Shown: in pieces, positions 61,520 to 64,000 of the stretch | How positions within the stretch are numbered: the first letter of the stretch is position 1 | Layout of the letters: each line of letters starts with the position of its first letter | Assembly (NCBI GenBank): GCA_963777315.1 | Contig: CAVZQC010000004.1 | Coordinates: 160,001 to 224,000 of the forward strand | DNA: 64,000 nt | Origin: Vulcanimicrobiota bacterium | Lineage (GTDB): Bacteria > Vulcanimicrobiota > Vulcanimicrobiia > Vulcanimicrobiales > Vulcanimicrobiaceae | Direction of reading: 5' to 3' | Translations under genes and position numbers: made by a program | The notes under the pieces: generated by a model | Seen by the model: only the letters and a program-made list of their open reading frames with translations | The model's database searches: none | Told to the model about the DNA's origin: nothing

Positions 61520-62712
61520 ACCAATTCACAGGCACGACGCCGGATATCGGAATAGGATCGGCCCAGCCGCAAGCACATCGCGCTGCTAGCCTTCGGCCCG
61601 CGACTCTGGACGATTACGAAGACATTCGGCAACTGGGCTTAAGCTATTCTTTGGACGTTCCATCGGTGGAGGACTGGCGAAGTCTTTGGCGCGACAATCC
61701 GCTGCGGAACCGCTCGGGAAACGATTTCCCGATCGGCTGGGTGCTTGAAACGCAGGCCGGTGAGATGGTCGGCACGATGGGGACGGTTCGATCGCTGTAC
61801 AAATTTCGCGGGGACGATCTCATATCGGCAGCTTCACGAGCGTGGTTCGTAAAAGCTCCCTACCGCGGATTTGCTCTGCGGCTGATGGACGAGTATTTAA
61901 ATCAACCCGGGGTTGACCTATTCATCAACAACGCCGTCAGCGTTCCGGCGCTTGAGTCGTTCAGCCAATTCTGCGAACGGATACCGCTGGGTGAATGGGA
62001 CAGCATGTCCTATGGGGTGACCGGCCATCGCGCGTTTGCGCAAAAAGCTTTGGAGAGGGCGCGCGTCCCCGTCAGCGGATCGCTGGCGTATCCCGTGGGC
62101 GCCGCGCTGTGTTTGAAAGATGCTGCCCGCAATACGCCGCTTCCCAAGAGCGCTCGTGCGTTTACCATCGAAGTCACGGACCGTTTCGATTCCCGGTTTG
62201 ACGCGTTTTGGAACGAATTGCTTGCGCAAAAGCCGGAAAAGCTCTTGGCCGAAAGAAGCAGCCGCGCCCTTTCGTGGCATTTCGGTGCACCGATGCGCAG
62301 AGGGAATCTGTGGGTTCTTACGGCGTCCAAAAACGACCGCCTGCGCGCGTATTGCACCTTGACGGCACAAGATCACGCGTTCAGGCTTCCGGCTCTGCCC
62401 CATGGTGATACGCAAGGCATCAGCGCTATGCGTTTGGTCGACTACCAAAGCATCGAACCGGAAGCAGATGCGCTGCCGGCGCTGCTCGCGGCGGCACTTG
62501 CGCGATGTGCCCAGGAAGGCTTTTGCATCCTTGAAAATCTCGGATGCGGCGTGCCGAAGATGCGCGCTCTTGACGACCGGCTTCCCTACCGCAAAACGCT
62601 TTCGAACTGGAAATTTTTTTACCGGGCAGCCGATGCGCGCCTCGACGCCGAACTACGTGAGCCCAGGTTCTGGGATCCGTCCGCGTACGACGGGGATGCG
62701 AGTTTCGAATAA
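61516..62712 (+). CDS. hypothetical GNAT-fold-like protein, paralogue 2
   Basis: Colinear with the previous gene (WFVKAPYRG, ERSSRALSWHF, RFWDPSAYDGD); GTGA overlap. Confidence 0.65.
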   Translation: MNQFTGTTPDIGIGSAQPQAHRAASLRPATLDDYEDIRQLGLSYSLDVPSVEDWRSLWRDNPLRNRSGNDFPIGWVLETQAGEMVGTMGTVRSLYKFRGDDLISAASRAWFVKAPYRGFALRLMDEYLNQPGVDLFINNAVSVPALESFSQFCERIPLGEWDSMSYGVTGHRAFAQKALERARVPVSGSLAYPVGAALCLKDAARNTPLPKSARAFTIEVTDRFDSRFDAFWNELLAQKPEKLLAERSSRALSWHFGAPMRRGNLWVLTASKNDRLRAYCTLTAQDHAFRLPALPHGDTQGISAMRLVDYQSIEPEADALPALLAAALARCAQEGFCILENLGCGVPKMRALDDRLPYRKTLSNWKFFYRAADARLDAELREPRFWDPSAYDGDASFE

Positions 62713-63429
62713 CGTGCCGGCGCTCAGCCACTGAACGGGCAGTGAACCCGGGGCGTGTTGGGAGCGGATGGCCGTGGCGGCGATATGGTCTTTTGATGGA
62801 TGATGCAGCGTAAAATGCCAGCCGTCGATGGATGCCGGCTCACCATTTCCATCGAGCCCGATGGTGAATCGCTCCTCCCCGCTGCCCAGTCCGCGACCCA
62901 TGCCTTTAAGGCACGCTTCCTTCAACACCCACAGTTTGAAGAATCGCACGTTGCGCTCAGGCTGAGGTAAAACCGTCAGGCTCGCGCGCTCCGGCTCGGA
63001 AAGAAAATTGCGAGCGATAAGGTCGATATCTGCGGTGCGTGAGATCTTCTCGACGTCCACGCCAACCTCGCCCGCGCGGCTCAATAGGCAAACCACCATA
63101 CCTTCCGTATGCGCTATATTGAACTGCAGAGACTTGAAAGCTGAAGGTTCGGCGATCTGCGGTTTGCCGAACTCGTTTTCAGCGAAACGCCATTCGGCCG
63201 GATCTACCGCGGCGTACTCTGAGAGAGACAATCGGCCTAACGCGCGGCCGGTGAGATACCTATGCCGCAGCTCCGGCGCGCGTAATGCTGCGTAATGCGA
63301 TTGCTCTGTTTTTGAAAGCCAGGACGAACAGTGTTCGTGCAGCGCAGGCGGGGAGATGTGATCCGGGTTAACATGCCATGCATGCGCATCCAGCAGCAAC
63401 TTGTCCAAATATAAGCGCTTGGCCGGCAT
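62653..63429 (-). CDS. Sfp-type 4'-phosphopantetheinyl transferase
   Basis: FGKP, FNIAHT, VGVDVE, FFKLWVLKEACLKGMGRGL. Confidence 0.93.
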   Translation of the reverse strand: MPAKRLYLDKLLLDAHAWHVNPDHISPPALHEHCSSWLSKTEQSHYAALRAPELRHRYLTGRALGRLSLSEYAAVDPAEWRFAENEFGKPQIAEPSAFKSLQFNIAHTEGMVVCLLSRAGEVGVDVEKISRTADIDLIARNFLSEPERASLTVLPQPERNVRFFKLWVLKEACLKGMGRGLGSGEERFTIGLDGNGEPASIDGWHFTLHHPSKDHIAATAIRSQHAPGSLPVQWLSAGTLFETRIPVVRGRIPEPGLT

Positions 63430-63580
63430 ATGGCTAGGTTCGCCGTCCGAGGGCTCACGTCTTTAGCAGCGCTGGGTAGCCTCGACGAGCTCCCGCTTGC
63501 CCGCTTTCTTGTTCATCCATCGGACGTGCAAGCCCTTTGTAAGGAGCATGTAACGCGGGTGTGCTAGCCTCGGCTGAACG

Positions 63581-64000
63581 ATGGCTGGTGCATCCGAACC
63601 GAGAAAAACCGGTGCTTCGGTGGAGCGCCACGCTGCGGTGTTGCACGAGCGGGGTGCGCCTTGCTTGGTGGTGCTGGATTATGACTACCGCATTATTACT
63701 GCCGAACCTCGCCTAGACGTCGTTTTGGGCGAGGTCGGGCTGACCGAGCGCGCCCTGGACCGGCTTCCCACGTCGGTAGAGGCGGCAGTACGGGCATTGA
63801 CTGCGTCAATCATCGACGGTAGCGATCCTGTAGATGCCGCAACGCCGGTACCGGGCTTAATGGTACGTACTAGCGTCCTTACCGGACCTACCGGTATGTG
63901 CATCGCCGCGTCGCTCGAGCGCCTTCGCACGCGCGATCCGCTGAACGGAGCGGCCGCGCGCTTTCGCCTGAGCCCGCGCGAAGTTGAAGTGCTCGAGCTT
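63581..64000 (+). CDS. LuxR-type HTH regulator, third paralogue (3' end outside window)
   Basis: Manual translation ...PCLVVLDYDYRII...DRLPTSVE...LMVRTSVLTGP...ERLRTRDPLNGAAARFRLSPREVEVLEL. Confidence 0.85.
   Translation, partial: MAGASEPRKTGASVERHAAVLHERGAPCLVVLDYDYRIITAEPRLDVVLGEVGLTERALDRLPTSVEAAVRALTASIIDGSDPVDAATPVPGLMVRTSVLTGPTGMCIAASLERLRTRDPLNGAAARFRLSPREVEVLEL

Overview
High-GC bacterial chromosomal window. The gene repertoire is suggestive of Eremiobacterota/Vulcanimicrobiota, but that is inference only. Bases 1-31150 are compact core-like DNA: hslO (partial), aroQ, HU, tRNA-Pro(GGG), RNase HI, a polysaccharide deacetylase, glycosyltransferases, threonine aldolase, tandem Crp regulators, a DHA2 MFS pump, stress-type oxidoreductases, a cyclase-STAND-TPR protein, tricorn protease, an internally deleted M13 peptidase and a stand-alone rpoB with its own promoter, structured leader and terminator (no rplL before it, no rpoC after it). 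This half also has an in-frame fusion of a two-domain multicopper oxidase to a ZIP metal transporter. From about 31200 to the window end is a >32 kb Wzx/Wzy-type exopolysaccharide region. It holds a family of LuxR-type regulators, a degenerate BY-kinase homologue, three paralogous secreted GH-clan-A-like proteins, and an NRPS-like cassette with no condensation or thioesterase domain (A-T didomain with a Leu code, P450, two GNAT-like proteins, PPTase). An 18-bp palindrome ATCCCT-N6-AGGGAT lies 21-23 nt upstream of a -10 hexamer at five promoters (plus a weaker sixth) and ties the NRPS cassette to the EPS genes. My best candidate for a new system is carrier-protein-dependent decoration of an exopolysaccharide with a (hydroxy)leucyl group, under LuxR-type control. 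Four single-base +1 frameshifts may be sequencing errors. All family calls come from reading motifs by eye; no database searches were run.
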